From Malacoraja senta (Eukaryota), in the NCBI GenBank assembly GCA_038087875.1, contig CM075977.1:224192001-224256000 (forward strand): a stretch of 64,000 bases of DNA, given 5' to 3'. Each line of letters begins with the position of its first letter. Positions within the stretch are counted from its first letter, which is position 1. The position numbers and the translations under genes were made by a program. Below are positions 52,483 through 64,000 of the stretch, one piece after another. The notes under the pieces were generated by a model. That model saw nothing but the letters and a program-made list of their open reading frames with translations, did not search any database and was not told the origin of the DNA.

Positions 52483-52656
52483 GTGCGTGTGTGTGTGCGT
52501 GCGTGCGTGCGTGCGTGCGTGCGTGTGTGTGTGTGTGTGGATTCGGTTTGCGGTCTCATCGCTGACGGTCGATGCAGCTCGCGGTCTTTCAGGCGAGTGC
52601 CCCGAGCTTGAAGGTCCAAGACAGTCGCTGAAAAGTCGCGTAAGTGGGCCAGGCCC
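52365..52656. mobile_element. Probable right-end fragment of a Harbinger MITE with a (GT/GCGT)n tract
   Basis: Ends CGTAAGTGGGCCAGGCCC, similar to the family TIR. No left TIR found. Microsatellite at about 52425-52540. Confidence 0.55.
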
Positions 52657-53344
52657 GTCACGAGGAAGTTGCCAGGACTTGAAGGGCTGAGCTGTGGGGA
52701 GAGGTTGGCCAGGCTAGGACTTTATTCCTTGGAACACAGGAGGCAGCGGGTTGATATTATACAGGTGAATAAGGTGAATAAAAATATGAGGGGAATAGAT
52801 AGGGTGAATTTTACCTATGGTAGGGGAATCATAAACAAGAGGATAGACACAAAATGCTGGAATAAGTCAGTGGGACTGGCAGCATCTCTAGAGAGGAAAG
52901 GGTGGCGCTTTGGGTCGAGACCCTTCTTCAGACTCTAGAGGACAAAACTAGACAACATAGGTTTAAGGTGGGAGGGGAAAGGCGTAATAAGAATCTGAGG
53001 GGCAACGTTTTCACACGGTGGATATATGGATTGAGCTGCTAGTTAAGGTCGTTGAGGCAAAAACTATAACAGTTTGCTGAGTTTTCTATCCCACATCTAA
53101 TTAATTACAAACAACACGCCTGAGGCTGCTGCCTGGGGTGGACGCTATGGGCACTTACATTCCACTGATTTTGTGCCACAAAGTTGCTAATCTTGTTTTT
53201 TTCATTTGGCGAGGAAATTTGGCAAATAAATGTTTAATATTGCTTAAGCAGGAACTAAAGAGTAAACATTATGAAACTCAGCAACCAAAGCCTTACTTAA
53301 AAAAAACTATCCATCTATCCCAAGGGAACAAGGACACGAGGAAT

Positions 53345-54331
53345 GAGATAAACACAAAGTGCTGGAGTAACTCAGTGAGTTGAGGAAAAAGCTCTGCTCG
53401 GAGGAGGAGTGCGTTCGTAGAAGGAAATTGGCAGTCGAGGAAGAAACGGAGGACATTAAGACCTTCCTGGTGGGGGATGGAGGTGTAGAGCCACTGAATG
53501 TCCCTGGAAAAGATGAGGGAATGGAAGCCTGGAAACCGAGTCATTAAAGAGTCAAAGGGCATGTGAGGGATCTTGGACAGAGGTGGGAAGGGATTGGACC
53601 AGGAGGCATAGGATGGAATCGAGGTATGTGGAAAAGATTTCAGTGGGTAGGAGCAGGCACTCTGACAGTCCTTTCAAGTGAGGAAGAGCTTCACTTGAAC
53701 CTCCTCCAGCCTCATTTACTGTATCCGTTTTTCTCAGTGGGCTCCTATCTATCGGTGAGACCAAGCGCAGACTGGGCGATGGTTTCACTGGAGACGTACG
53801 CTCAGTCCGCCTTGGCCTACACGATCTCCTGGTTGCCAAACATTTTAACCCTCTTTCCCATTCCCATACTGACCTTTCTGTCCTGGGCCTCCTCCCCTGT
53901 CATTGTGAAGCTACATGCAAATTGGAGAAACAGCACCTCATATTTTGCTTGGGCAGCTTACGACCCAGTCGTATAAACGTTGATTTCTCTAATATGAAGT
54001 AACCCCTGCATTCCCTCTCTTCCCCCTACCCCCCACCCGAGTCATCCTACTAGTTCCACTTTGCATCCCTTTATTCCTTGGTTATTACCTCTTCCCCAGC
54101 CAACAATGGGCCATTATGGGCTCTATCTTACCTTGGTCATCTGTTGGCGGCAATGATTTGTTTTTGCCGTTTCCTATCTCCAATGCCCCATCTACTTTCA
54201 GTCTGAAGAAGGGTTCAACACGAAATGTCACTATCCTTTTTCTCCAGAGATGCCATCTGACCCACTGAGTTACTCCAGCACTTTGTGTCTATCATCGGTA
54301 TAAACCAGCATCTGCTGTTCCTTCCTACACC
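53345..54331 (+). mobile_element. Rearranged Penelope-like element fragment
   Basis: Inverted pLTR end, an antisense RT piece (about 53381-53660), a degenerate endonuclease (about 53660-53990) and a pLTR to 54330. Flanked by a 14-bp imperfect duplication. Confidence 0.85.
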
Positions 54332-55736
54332 AGGACATGAAGCATAGTGGAGTGTTTTTCCTCGCAACAATATTATTTGTGATTTTGTTTTAGTATGTTA
54401 ATTTTATCTAGTTCAGCTAATTCAGTGAAACAAATGGTTGTGATCCTCTGTTGCCAATTCTGAAAGCCTACCCAATTGTGCGGAAGATTCTAACCTGTAT
54501 TCATCAGGAAAGGGTAACATTATAGCTAGGTCGATGTGATTGGGAGCATTTGAACACAAGCTTTCCTCAAGGTCACACACCTTACTGACTTGCAAATGTA
54601 CCCCAGTGTGTCTTCGTCGTCGTTACATCTAAATCTTGATATTCCCTACTTAACATTCATGGGAGTGACTTCACCATTGAACTGGTGAGGCATAATATTA
54701 GTGAAAGTTTTCAGTGACTTGAATTATCTAAGAACACTGAAGCTGTAGTAATCTTCGATGATTTTCTTCTTATTAGTTCATTGTAGTCATCTCCAGTACT
54801 CTTACCATTGGCTGAGGAAACATTTTCAACAGAGACCAAGAATGAAACCTAATGTTGAAGTGCCCTCTACATTATTTTCTTAGGTCACTTAAGAAGTCAC
54901 TTACAAGTGACTTACATCTTTAAAATAATTCACTATTATCATGTTAAAATAAAATAAATGACAGAAAGGAAATGACAGTAACAATATATATATTGGGCCA
55001 TCTCTAACTTTTGTTATGCCTCCCAAATTGATGTAAGGGAAATAAACAAACATAATTATTTTAAAATAATAAATGGAGTACATATTCAAGATTTGAGAGT
55101 TGGGGTAATCATAAATAATCATGACTACAATGAAGAAATCAGAGCCTGCTGGCAAAGACTTGTATTGATGCAGTTAAATGTCATTGCAATAATATACAAG
55201 CAAAGATATGAGAGTTTGAAAAGGCATATAATCAGCCTAAAAGAGATTAAACAAAGGATATGCCAGAATTTCAAATATGCCATTTAAGGTGTTTGAAATG
55301 GACATGTATAATGAATTAGAAACACAGAAAATAGGTGCAGGAGGAGGCCATTTGACCTTTCGAGCCTGCACCGCCATTCATTGTGATCATGGCTGAACAT
55401 CCACAATCAGTAACCCGTGCCTGCCTTCTCCCCTCTCCCCATTGAATGCATTACACTCCTAATCAATGAGTATCAGATGATTTACCGGTTAAGAGAAAGA
55501 TTTAAGTCAAATGAAGAGGAAACTAAAAGTAGTTGATTAACTTACTTTAACATGTGGATAACTGGCGGAAAAGTTTGATGCCTTTATAAAGATGATGACG
55601 CCTTGTTGAGGCAAGCACAAAATGGTTTATATATTTATGTTCAGATTTTCTTTATCATCAACATTATCAACAGAAACAATGAGCCTCGTCGATAAATGGG
55701 AAGGCACGGAGAAGAATGATCTTAATTATAAAGGTT

Positions 55737-56803
55737 TAAGAAAGAACTGCAGATGCTGGAAAAATCGAAGGTAGACAAAAATGCTGGAGAAACTCAGCGG
55801 GTGAGGCAGCATCTATGGAGCAAAGGAATATGCGATGTTTCGGGTCGAGACCCTTCTTCGGAATGATGTGGGGGGGAGCAGGAAAAAGAAAGGAAGAGGG
55901 GAGACAGTAGGCTGTGGGAGAGCTGGGAAGGGGAGGGGAAAGAGGGAGAAGGCAAGGACTACCTGAAATTGGAGAAGTCAATGTTCATACCGTTGGGGTG
56001 TAAATTAACCAAGCAAAATATGAGGTGCTGCTCCTCCAATTTGTGGTGGGACTCACTCTGGCCATGGAGGAGGCCCAGGACAGAAAGGTCGGATTTGGAA
56101 TGGGAGTGAGAGTTAAAGTGCAGAGCCACCGGGAGATCAGGTTGGTTATTGCGAACTGAGCGGAGGTGTTGGGCGAAGCGATCACCAAGCCTGTGCTTGG
56201 TCTCACCGATGTAGAGCAGTTGACACCTTGAACAGCGGATGCAATAGATGAGGTTGGAGGAGGTGCAGGTGAACCTCTGCCTCACCTGGAAAGAGTGCTT
56301 GGGTCCTTGGATGGAGTCGAGGGGGGAGGTAAAGCGACAAGTGTAGCATTTCCTGCGGATGCAAGGGAAAGTACCGGGGAGGGAGTGGTTGGGTGGGAAG
56401 GGACGAATTGACCAGGGAGTTACGGAGGGAACGGTCTCTGTGGAAAGCCGAAAGGGGAGAAGATGGGAAGATGTGGCCAGTGGTGGGATCCCGTTGGAGG
56501 TGCCGAAAATGTCGGAGGATTATATGTTGTATGCGACGGCTGGTAGGGTGGAAGGTGAGGACAAGAGGGACTCCGTCCTTGTTACGAGTGGGGGGATGGG
56601 GAGTGAGAGAGGAGCTGCGGGATATAGAGGAGACCCAGTGAGAACCCCATCTATAGTCAAAGAGCAGGAAGCAGGGTGGGAAGAAGTATAGTCCAGATAG
56701 CCATGTGAGTCAGTGGGTTTGTAGTAGATGGGGTTGTACTCCAAACCCACTTCCTCCATAGATGCTGCCTCACCCACTGAGTTTCTCCAGCACTTTAGTC
56801 TAC
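55737..56803 (-). mobile_element. 5'-truncated Penelope-like element with inverted partial pseudo-LTR
   Basis: RT C-terminus IYYKPTDSHGYLDYTSSHPASC, GIY-YIG endonuclease, 3' pLTR with a hammerhead-like core, and an inverted pLTR piece at 56750-56803. Flanked by a 16-bp duplication with 1 mismatch. Confidence 0.92.
55959..56285 (-). pseudogene. Penelope GIY-YIG endonuclease domain
   Basis: FTCTSSNLIYCIRCSRCQLLYIGETKHRLGDRFAQH...HF...E.HLIF...HPNGMN. Confidence 0.92.
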
Positions 56804-57673
56804 CTTAATTATAAAAGTTGTTTATTACTGTAATATTCCTGGCATGCGCTTTGCTCATTAGTGACCAAGACTGAGATCAAAAGATTTTTGGAGTTAGGAC
56901 ATTTGATTTGGGTGGGAACACTTTTGAGGTGAGAACAATCATTTGACAGAGTGTGCTTAAGGGGCCACAGGGCCTGCTCCTGCTTCTGTTTCCTTTGGCC
57001 CTGTATTGCAAAAGGATCTAAATTTGAATCCTGTACCTCTCCACCAGTAAAAATGCCACTGCCTTGGTTCTTCAATGCATTTGGCTGACTGCAATTTGCC
57101 CTCGACTCTGCAGAAGACTGCAAATGCCATCCTATTAATGTTAAATGCTTCACAACCCTCTGAAGCATAAGCTAGGGCAATGTGTTCTGCACAGCATGTG
57201 AACACCTGAAAGGATGTTACACATATATTGAATGTACTTTTTATACCAGGTGACCCATAATAGTTCTGCTTTGAAACAGAAGCCTATGCTAGATTTAAAA
57301 GCTTGGCATAAACCTTTCAGGGTTGCAAGTGAGTGCTCAGTTCCATGACCTTTTCAAATTACAGCTCTTTAAAATAACAGCATACTTCAATTACATAGAA
57401 ATAACTTTGATCTTTTTCAAACAATGTGGTCTCGCTAAGAACCAGCAACTCTGCTGTTGTTTTCTCCTTAGATACAATACAATGGACAGTTACAAAACAT
57501 TGATATATTTGATGTCTTTTTTTGAGTATTGTCTGTACAAAGCCACATACATTCTTCAAAATATTTCCCCATACAGTTCCTAAAGAGGTGAGGAGGCATT
57601 TTATTTCTGGTAGACACAAATTGCTGGAGTAACTCAGCGGTCGAGGCAGCATCTTTGGAGAGAAGGAATGGGT

Positions 57674-57701
57674 GACGTTTCGGGTCGAGACCCTTCTTCA
57701 G
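57674..57701 (-). ncRNA. Minimal Penelope-type hammerhead ribozyme core, intact consensus, on the NR3C2 pre-mRNA strand
   Basis: CUGAAGA-A-GGGU(CUCG)ACCC-GAAA-C-GUC: conserved core, 4-bp stem II, palindromic ACGU at stem III and a GUC cleavage triplet. Stem I is weak or absent at this truncated copy. Confidence 0.7.
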
Positions 57702-57771
57702 AAATTTTATTTCTGGTTATCCGCTAACAATATTACCAACCCAACTACAACGAAACACATGGATGTACAGT

Positions 57772-57799
57772 CTGAAGATGGGTCTCGAGCCGAAACGTC
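57772..57799 (+). ncRNA. Minimal hammerhead core, antisense to NR3C2
   Basis: CUGAAGA-U-GGGU(CUCG)AGCC-GAAACGUC with one stem II mismatch. A similar plus-strand core lies at 36143-36170. Confidence 0.5.
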
Positions 57800-58499
57800 A
57801 CCCATTCCTTCTCTCCAGAGATGCTGCCTGTCCCGCTGAGTTACTCCAGCTTTTTGTGTCTATAGATGTTCAGTCATTTGAGTCCTTTTTTGCTTAAGTA
57901 CACCCTCCACCACCTCCAATTTAAATTCCATTTGGAATATTTTGGAGGACCAAAAACCAAGAAGTAGAAGAAGCAGAAGGTGTAATCAATGGAACTTAGG
58001 AACAACCCCAGCAATACCAGCTGAAATCCTTATTCACTGCATCTGCTTGCAGCTTCTGCCAAACACTATGCATAATTAATTAGGTCAATCCCATGAAATC
58101 TGATGAAGGCAATCCAGAATAACGTATGAATCTAAAACTAGTGAACTCTTATGCTGTCACTTCAGCCCAGACACCAAAACATGTATCAGTTTAAATTTTA
58201 TTTAATTTTGTTTCGTAATGCAAATCGTTGATGCTAAATACATCTACCATGATGTTTTTCCACATTACATGGCATTTAATCAACTGAATCCGACATCAAT
58301 CCCACATCATTAGCAAAATCAATAAATGATACATATTGATAATATGTGACAATTAAATAACAAACTGGTAGATTTCTTTGTAATATTAGAATGCAATCTG
58401 TTCTATAGAATATTGTGAAAGTCCGAGCAAAAGGTATTCAATTTTTATTTGATTTTCACTGCGATATGTTTGTTTTGGATGTATTGCATAATGTCTTAT

Positions 58500-59849
58500 G
58501 GACCCTTCTTGGTGATCATTTTCCAATGTTCTATAGATTCAGGATCAGTTCCTGTGGATTGGAGGGTAGCTAATGTTATCCCACTTTTTAAGAAAGGCGG
58601 GAGAGAGGGAATTATAGACCACTTAGCCTGACATCGGTGGTAGGAAAGATGCTGGAGTCAATTATAAAAGATGAAATAGCGGCACATTTGGATAGCAGTA
58701 ACAGGATTTACGAAGGGGAAATCATGCTTGACTAATGTTCTGGAATTTTTTGAGGATGTAACTAGGAAAATGGACAAGGGAGAGCCAGTGGATATAGTGT
58801 ACCTGGACTTTCAGAAAGCATTCGATAAGGTTCCACATAGGAGATTAGTGGGTAAAATTAGAGCACATAGGATTGGGGGTAGGGTACTAACACGGATAGA
58901 AAATTGGTTGGCAGACAGGAAACAAAGAGAAGGGATTAATGGCAGGCAGTGAATGGTGGGGTACCGCAAGGCTCGGTGCTGGGACCGCAGCTATTTACAA
59001 TATACATCAATGATTTAGATGAAGGGATTTAAAGTAACATTAGCAAATTTGCAGATGACACAAAGCTGGGTGGCAGTGTGAACTGTGAGGAGGATGCTAT
59101 GAGGATGCAGGGTGACTTGGACAGGTTGGGTGAGTGGGCAGATGCATGGCAGATGCAGTTTAATGTGGATAAATATGAGGTTATCCACTTTGGTGGCAAA
59201 AACAGGGAGGCAGATTATTATCTGAATGGTGTCAATTGGGAAAAGGGGAAGTACAAAGAGATCTGGAGGTCCTTGTTCATCACTCACTGAAGGTAAGCAT
59301 GCAGGTACAGCTGGCAGCGAAGAAAGCTAATGGCATGTTGGCCTTCCTAACAATTTGAGGAAGAACATTCTTGCTATTGAGGGAGTGCAGCGTAGGTTCA
59401 CGAGGTTAATTCCCGGGATGGCCGGACTGTCATATGTGGATAGATGGGAGCGGCTGGGCTTGTATACTCTGGAATTTAGGATGAGAGGGATTCTTATTGA
59501 AACATATAAGATTAATAAGGGATTGCACACGCTTGAGGCAGGAAACATGTTCCCGATGTTGGGGGAGTCCAGAACCAGGGGACGCAGTTTAAGATTAAGG
59601 GGTAGGCCATTTAGAACGGAGATGAGGGAAAACGTTTTCACCCAGTGAATCTGTGGAATTCCCTGCCTCAGAAGGCAGTCGAGGCCAATTCTCTGGATGC
59701 TTTCAAGAGAGAGCTAGATAGAGCTCTTAAAGATAGCGGAGTCAGGGGATATGGTGAGAAGTCAGGAACGGGGTACTGAATGTGGATGGCTCGAAGGACC
59801 GAATGGCCTACTCCTGCACCGATTGTCTATTGTCTATTGTCTATTGTCT
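58500..59849 (+). mobile_element. CR1-clade LINE, 3' portion with degenerate RT
   Basis: PVDWRVANVIPLFKKG, VYLDFQKAFDKVPH, KFADDTK, QRRFTRLIPG, 3' stem-loop and (CTATTGT)n tail. Confidence 0.93.
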
Positions 59850-60547
59850 TCTTAGGAACATCAGGAGATTCCTGATACCTGTCGTGTGAGAGAGCTCAAA
59901 AGAGTAGACTTAATTAACAGTGATTCCATTGCTGACCCAGCATTGCATTCAATTTTAAAAATATTTTTTTAAACCATTTTCTTCTTACAATTTAACTCAG
60001 TGTAATTTAATTTATGCTCCAATTTGCTCCAACCCTGAATGTTTCAAAAACTAGTGGAAAGTGGTCTCATTGTAACAAATCTATGCAATCTGGCAGGAGA
60101 GGAGCCTGGATCCCTTCTTCAGGCGAGTTTGTTTTACTGAGTTTCCACCCCTTACTCCATCCTTACAGCACAGACCAGCATCAATATCATTAAAGGGCAG
60201 TAACCATCTGTTACTACAGTGGCCGTTAATTGCAAAAGCATCTCTTAAAATGTAATAAGCACAGTTTTAAACAGAATGCTGGCTAAAATCACGTTTAAGA
60301 TGTTTCAATCAGTTGTTTTTTTCATCGATAAGTTTCAGATCAAATCTTGGCAATTATGATACGCAGTTGCTATACATTGCCATTTAATTTTATTGTCCCT
60401 TGCCTTCTGTGGACTAACTGCATTGTGCCAATATGCTTACTATGAGTAATAACAAGGAACTGCATATGCTGGTTTATACCAAAGAAAGATACAAAATGCT
60501 GGAGTATCTCGCCAGGTCAGGCTGCATCTCTGAGAACATGGATAGGT

Positions 60548-60575
60548 GACGTTTCAGGTTGGGACCCTTCTTCAG
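60548..60575 (-). ncRNA. Minimal hammerhead core, near intact
   Basis: CUGAAGA-A-GGGU(CCCA)ACCU-GAAACGUC, with a G-U pair at the base of stem II. Confidence 0.55.
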
Positions 60576-62840
60576 ACTTATTGCATGGGGTGGGGTTGGG
60601 AAAGAGGAGGGGCAGGGCAGAGCATGGGCTGTAATAGGTGAGCAGAGGCAAGGAGGTTTTATAATACGCAGATTGTTGAACAAAGGCCAGAGATGTAAAG
60701 ACATCTTTCGCTGACCTTGCACCGGTTTTCCCCTCCCCCTCCAACCGCATCCTTCCAATGGCGACACAATTCACAACTATTCTGCCTCGAGTTTCACAAT
60801 TCACAACCCTTTATCCTTTTTAGGCTTGCACCTGTCTTTTCATCTCCAGCCTTTGTCCAACAACATGCCTATCAAAATCCCCCCTTGCCTGTGTTTACCT
60901 ATCACTGAGCATGCTCTGTCCTGGCACTCTTTTCCAGCTTTCTTTCCCATCCCCCCTGCAGTTTGTCTGAAGGAGGGTCTCGACCTATGCATGTTCTCCA
61001 GAGATGCTGCCTGACCCACTGGGTTTCACCAGCATTTCGTGTCTTTTCTTGCTTACAATGAGTAATGGAAACTGTACTGAGTCTCCTTTTGAATCTATGT
61101 CTGAAATAAATGAAAACATTTTGTTTTCGTTCAGATCTTTCATTGAAACCTGTGGGCTCATAAGGACATGTTTTGAGAAACAAGAAGACCTGAGAAGTAA
61201 TGCCAGGATGGTTGGATTATTGAAGGTTTGGCACCCTCCTGGTGGCACTTGTGTTCTACCATCGCAGAGCGAAAACAATCTACTTCCAACAATGAAAGCA
61301 GACACATCTCTGACATACGATCACTTTGCAGGAGCTAACAGAAATAGGTCATTTCTAATTCTGCTTGGTTTTAAAAAGGCACTCTGACAGTAAAAGTAGC
61401 TCCTTACATTGAAATTACTACTTATTACCTAAAGGATCAAAAGGAAGGTATTAATTCAGAACATTACAGAACTTCATTAGTACCAGTTCTTGTCAAATGA
61501 TTCATTATTTATCCCCATTTCCCATTGCTAAGACTAATGGGTTGGCTGATGTTTAAAAAAAAAAGTAGCCTGGTGTAATAAAAGTCCAAGTGTCAGCTAA
61601 TTAGTGCAGCTTTCATTCCAACAGTGGATTTAAGCAGTGGTTTTATAGTAATGTTTATTATTCTACAGGGACGGGACATAGTATTAGTTTTTTGTTATTA
61701 GTTATTAGTTATTAGTAAATTGAAACAGACAGTTTCCAGACATCGGGCATCTAGATTGAAAGTATGTGAGTTTTGGGACAGAAGGTTATGAGGATTTGCA
61801 ATGCTCTGGAAGGCCTATTGATCAAAGCATAGATCATTTCAACTTCCAATGGCGACACTATTCACTGGTAATCGCTCGTAAGCGGATGAAGAGATACAGC
61901 AACAGTATAAAATGTATAACTTGCATATAAGATAAATGACAACAAATTATTACATTTACAGCTGTGAGGACAAATTGGATCAGTTTGTTTTCTTTGGAAC
62001 AGAGGAGCTGATGGGGAACATAATTGTGATAAACAAAATTATAAAGAGCTAAGATAGTGTAAGTAAGGAATGATTAATTTTCTTCCGTAGATGGGCCAAA
62101 AAACAGAAGGCACGGGTTCAAATAAATGCTTGAAAGATTGATGAAGGTGAAGAACATCTTAGGTGGTGGAGGTTTGGGACTCGAGCCCTGGAAGGGTGGG
62201 AGAAGATCATAAGGTCATGAGTGATAGGAGTAGAATTAGGCCAATCAGCCCATCAAGTCTACTCCGCCATTCAATCACACCATAAAAAATATCCACTGAC
62301 TTGGCCTCCACAGCCTTCTCATAGTCATAGAGTCATACAGTGTGGAAACAGACCCTTCGGCCGAACTTGCCCACAGCGGTCAACATGTCCCAGCTACACT
62401 AGTGCCACCTGCCTGCACTTGCAGGTACCCCCAGCAGGACCAAAAACAAGACCTGTCAAAGAGCGGATGAGTTTCTAGCGAGCCAACGGCCATCCACACT
62501 TCAGTAGAAGTTGCGATCACTGTCGTACATAGCATTGTAAAGAATGATGATAAAGCACATACACCAAAATCCTATACTTCCAACGGCGGAAGTCCGCAGG
62601 AAGTGCAGGACAGAGATGTGTGGTGCATCCGTCACCGTTCCCGTCGGAAATCAGCACCACTGTCTGATGTCTTCAATGTCTGAGAGATGTTCCTTGATCA
62701 ATTACATGGCTACTGGAACTGGCCAGAACTGTAGACCTATTTCATGCCTCATCAAAGCCCTCCCACCATGTGCAATGGACGTCATGACTGTGCCAAAGAG
62801 GTACAAAATATTCAAGAAGGATGGTTGAGCTGCTGCCTTA

Positions 62841-63234
62841 AGGGCCTGTCCCACTTACACGACCTTTTCAGCAACTGCCGGCACCCGTCATAGGTCGCCG
62901 AAAATTTTCAACATGTTAAAAATTCAGTGGCAACCAAAAAGACACTACAACTCTTTGGGTGACTAGGAGACCTCTCACGACCATACAGGGACCCCTGGCG
63001 ACATGTTGCGTGTGCCGCAGGGTGTCACCAGGGGGCATGTCGCCAGGGGGTCGCCTGTATCATCGCGAGAGGTCGCCAGGGGTCGCCTGTATGGTCGTGA
63101 GAGGTCTCCTAGTCACCCAAAGAGTCATAGCGTCTTTCTGGTCGCCGCTGAATTTTCAACATGTTGAAAATTTTCGGCGACCTATGACAGGTGCCAGCAG
63201 TTGTCGAAAAAGTTGCGTAAGTGCGCCAGGCCCT
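62841..63234. mobile_element. Foldback-type Harbinger MITE inserted in a SINE head
   Basis: AGGGCCTGTCCCACTT...AAGTGCGCCAGGCCCT with TTA TSD and inverted arms of about 160 bp. The flanks rejoin as GAGCTGCTGCCTTA/CAGC, the tRNA-SINE head. Confidence 0.92.
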
Positions 63235-64000
63235 TTACAGCAGCAGAAACCCGTGTTTGATCCTGACCTCGGGTGTTGTCCGTGTGGAGTTTGCATGTTC
63301 ACCCTGTGACCACATAGGCTTCCTCCAGGTGCTCTGGCTCCCACCCACATCCCAAACACATTGTCCAGTGCTGAGTGATGTTCTACCTAGATCTTTTCAG
63401 CGTACTACATCCAGATCCAGATCCAGCTTCAGACCCATGGCTGTTCATCTTCTTGTCCAAATATTGTGACATGGAAATTTGTCACCTTTTCTTGACAGTT
63501 GCCAGCTCACAACCTTGGAACTCCTTATTAATTAACAAGGATTACAACACTTCAAGAAAGCAGCTCAAGTCACCACCACTTCTGAGGGATAGGCATTAAA
63601 TGAACGCTTTTACAGTGACCCTCAAGTTGCACAAGAAACAAAAAGTTCACTACGGATGGCAGAATTCCAAAATATCTTATGTTATGGTGGTGCAACAGTC
63701 TGGATTTTGTAAAGTCAAACTGAATTTCACAATCAGTATTCCATTCTTGAGCTGTTATGCAATATTATCATTAGCTTTTAATATTAGTTTATTTTGTTTG
63801 GTAATGTGGCTGCATGAGATAAATTATTCTTTCTTTATCTTGATGTCTACTTATTTCTTCACATTTCATTTGCAGATAGAAATCATGCAACATACTGTTT
63901 TCCTACTCTCTAAGGCTCTGTTCTGATAGTTGCTGGCATATTCCCTCAAACATGTTGTTCTTTCACATCTCAGATCCTCGGGAACTTGCTTTTTAACATA

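Overview
Vertebrate genomic DNA, inferred to be a cartilaginous fish (skate/ray-like) from the receptor sequence and repeat types. The window lies inside the mineralocorticoid receptor gene NR3C2 on the minus strand. Four coding exons are present, equivalent to human exons 3-6 (46907-47055, 37300-37415, 34317-34637, 14212-14356). The second zinc-finger exon is 116 nt instead of 117, i.e. frameshifted as assembled. The introns are dense with mobile DNA: a 4.8-kb two-gene Harbinger/PIF transposon (six-exon MADF-like gene plus a dead DDE transposase) with several MITE derivatives; a structurally complete DIRS1-type retrotransposon; two TAG...CTA non-autonomous DNA elements; a tandem Helitron junction beside a 200-N gap; CR1/L2/Rex-type LINE fragments; tRNA-derived and Deu-type SINEs; and a 1629-bp tandem duplication. 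The most notable signals are (i) many Penelope-derived short or palindromic inserts carrying minimal hammerhead ribozyme cores and 14-17-bp flanking duplications, and (ii) two divergent non-coding GC-rich retroposons that share three hairpins with compensatory base changes. All family assignments come from recalled motifs; no database search was run.
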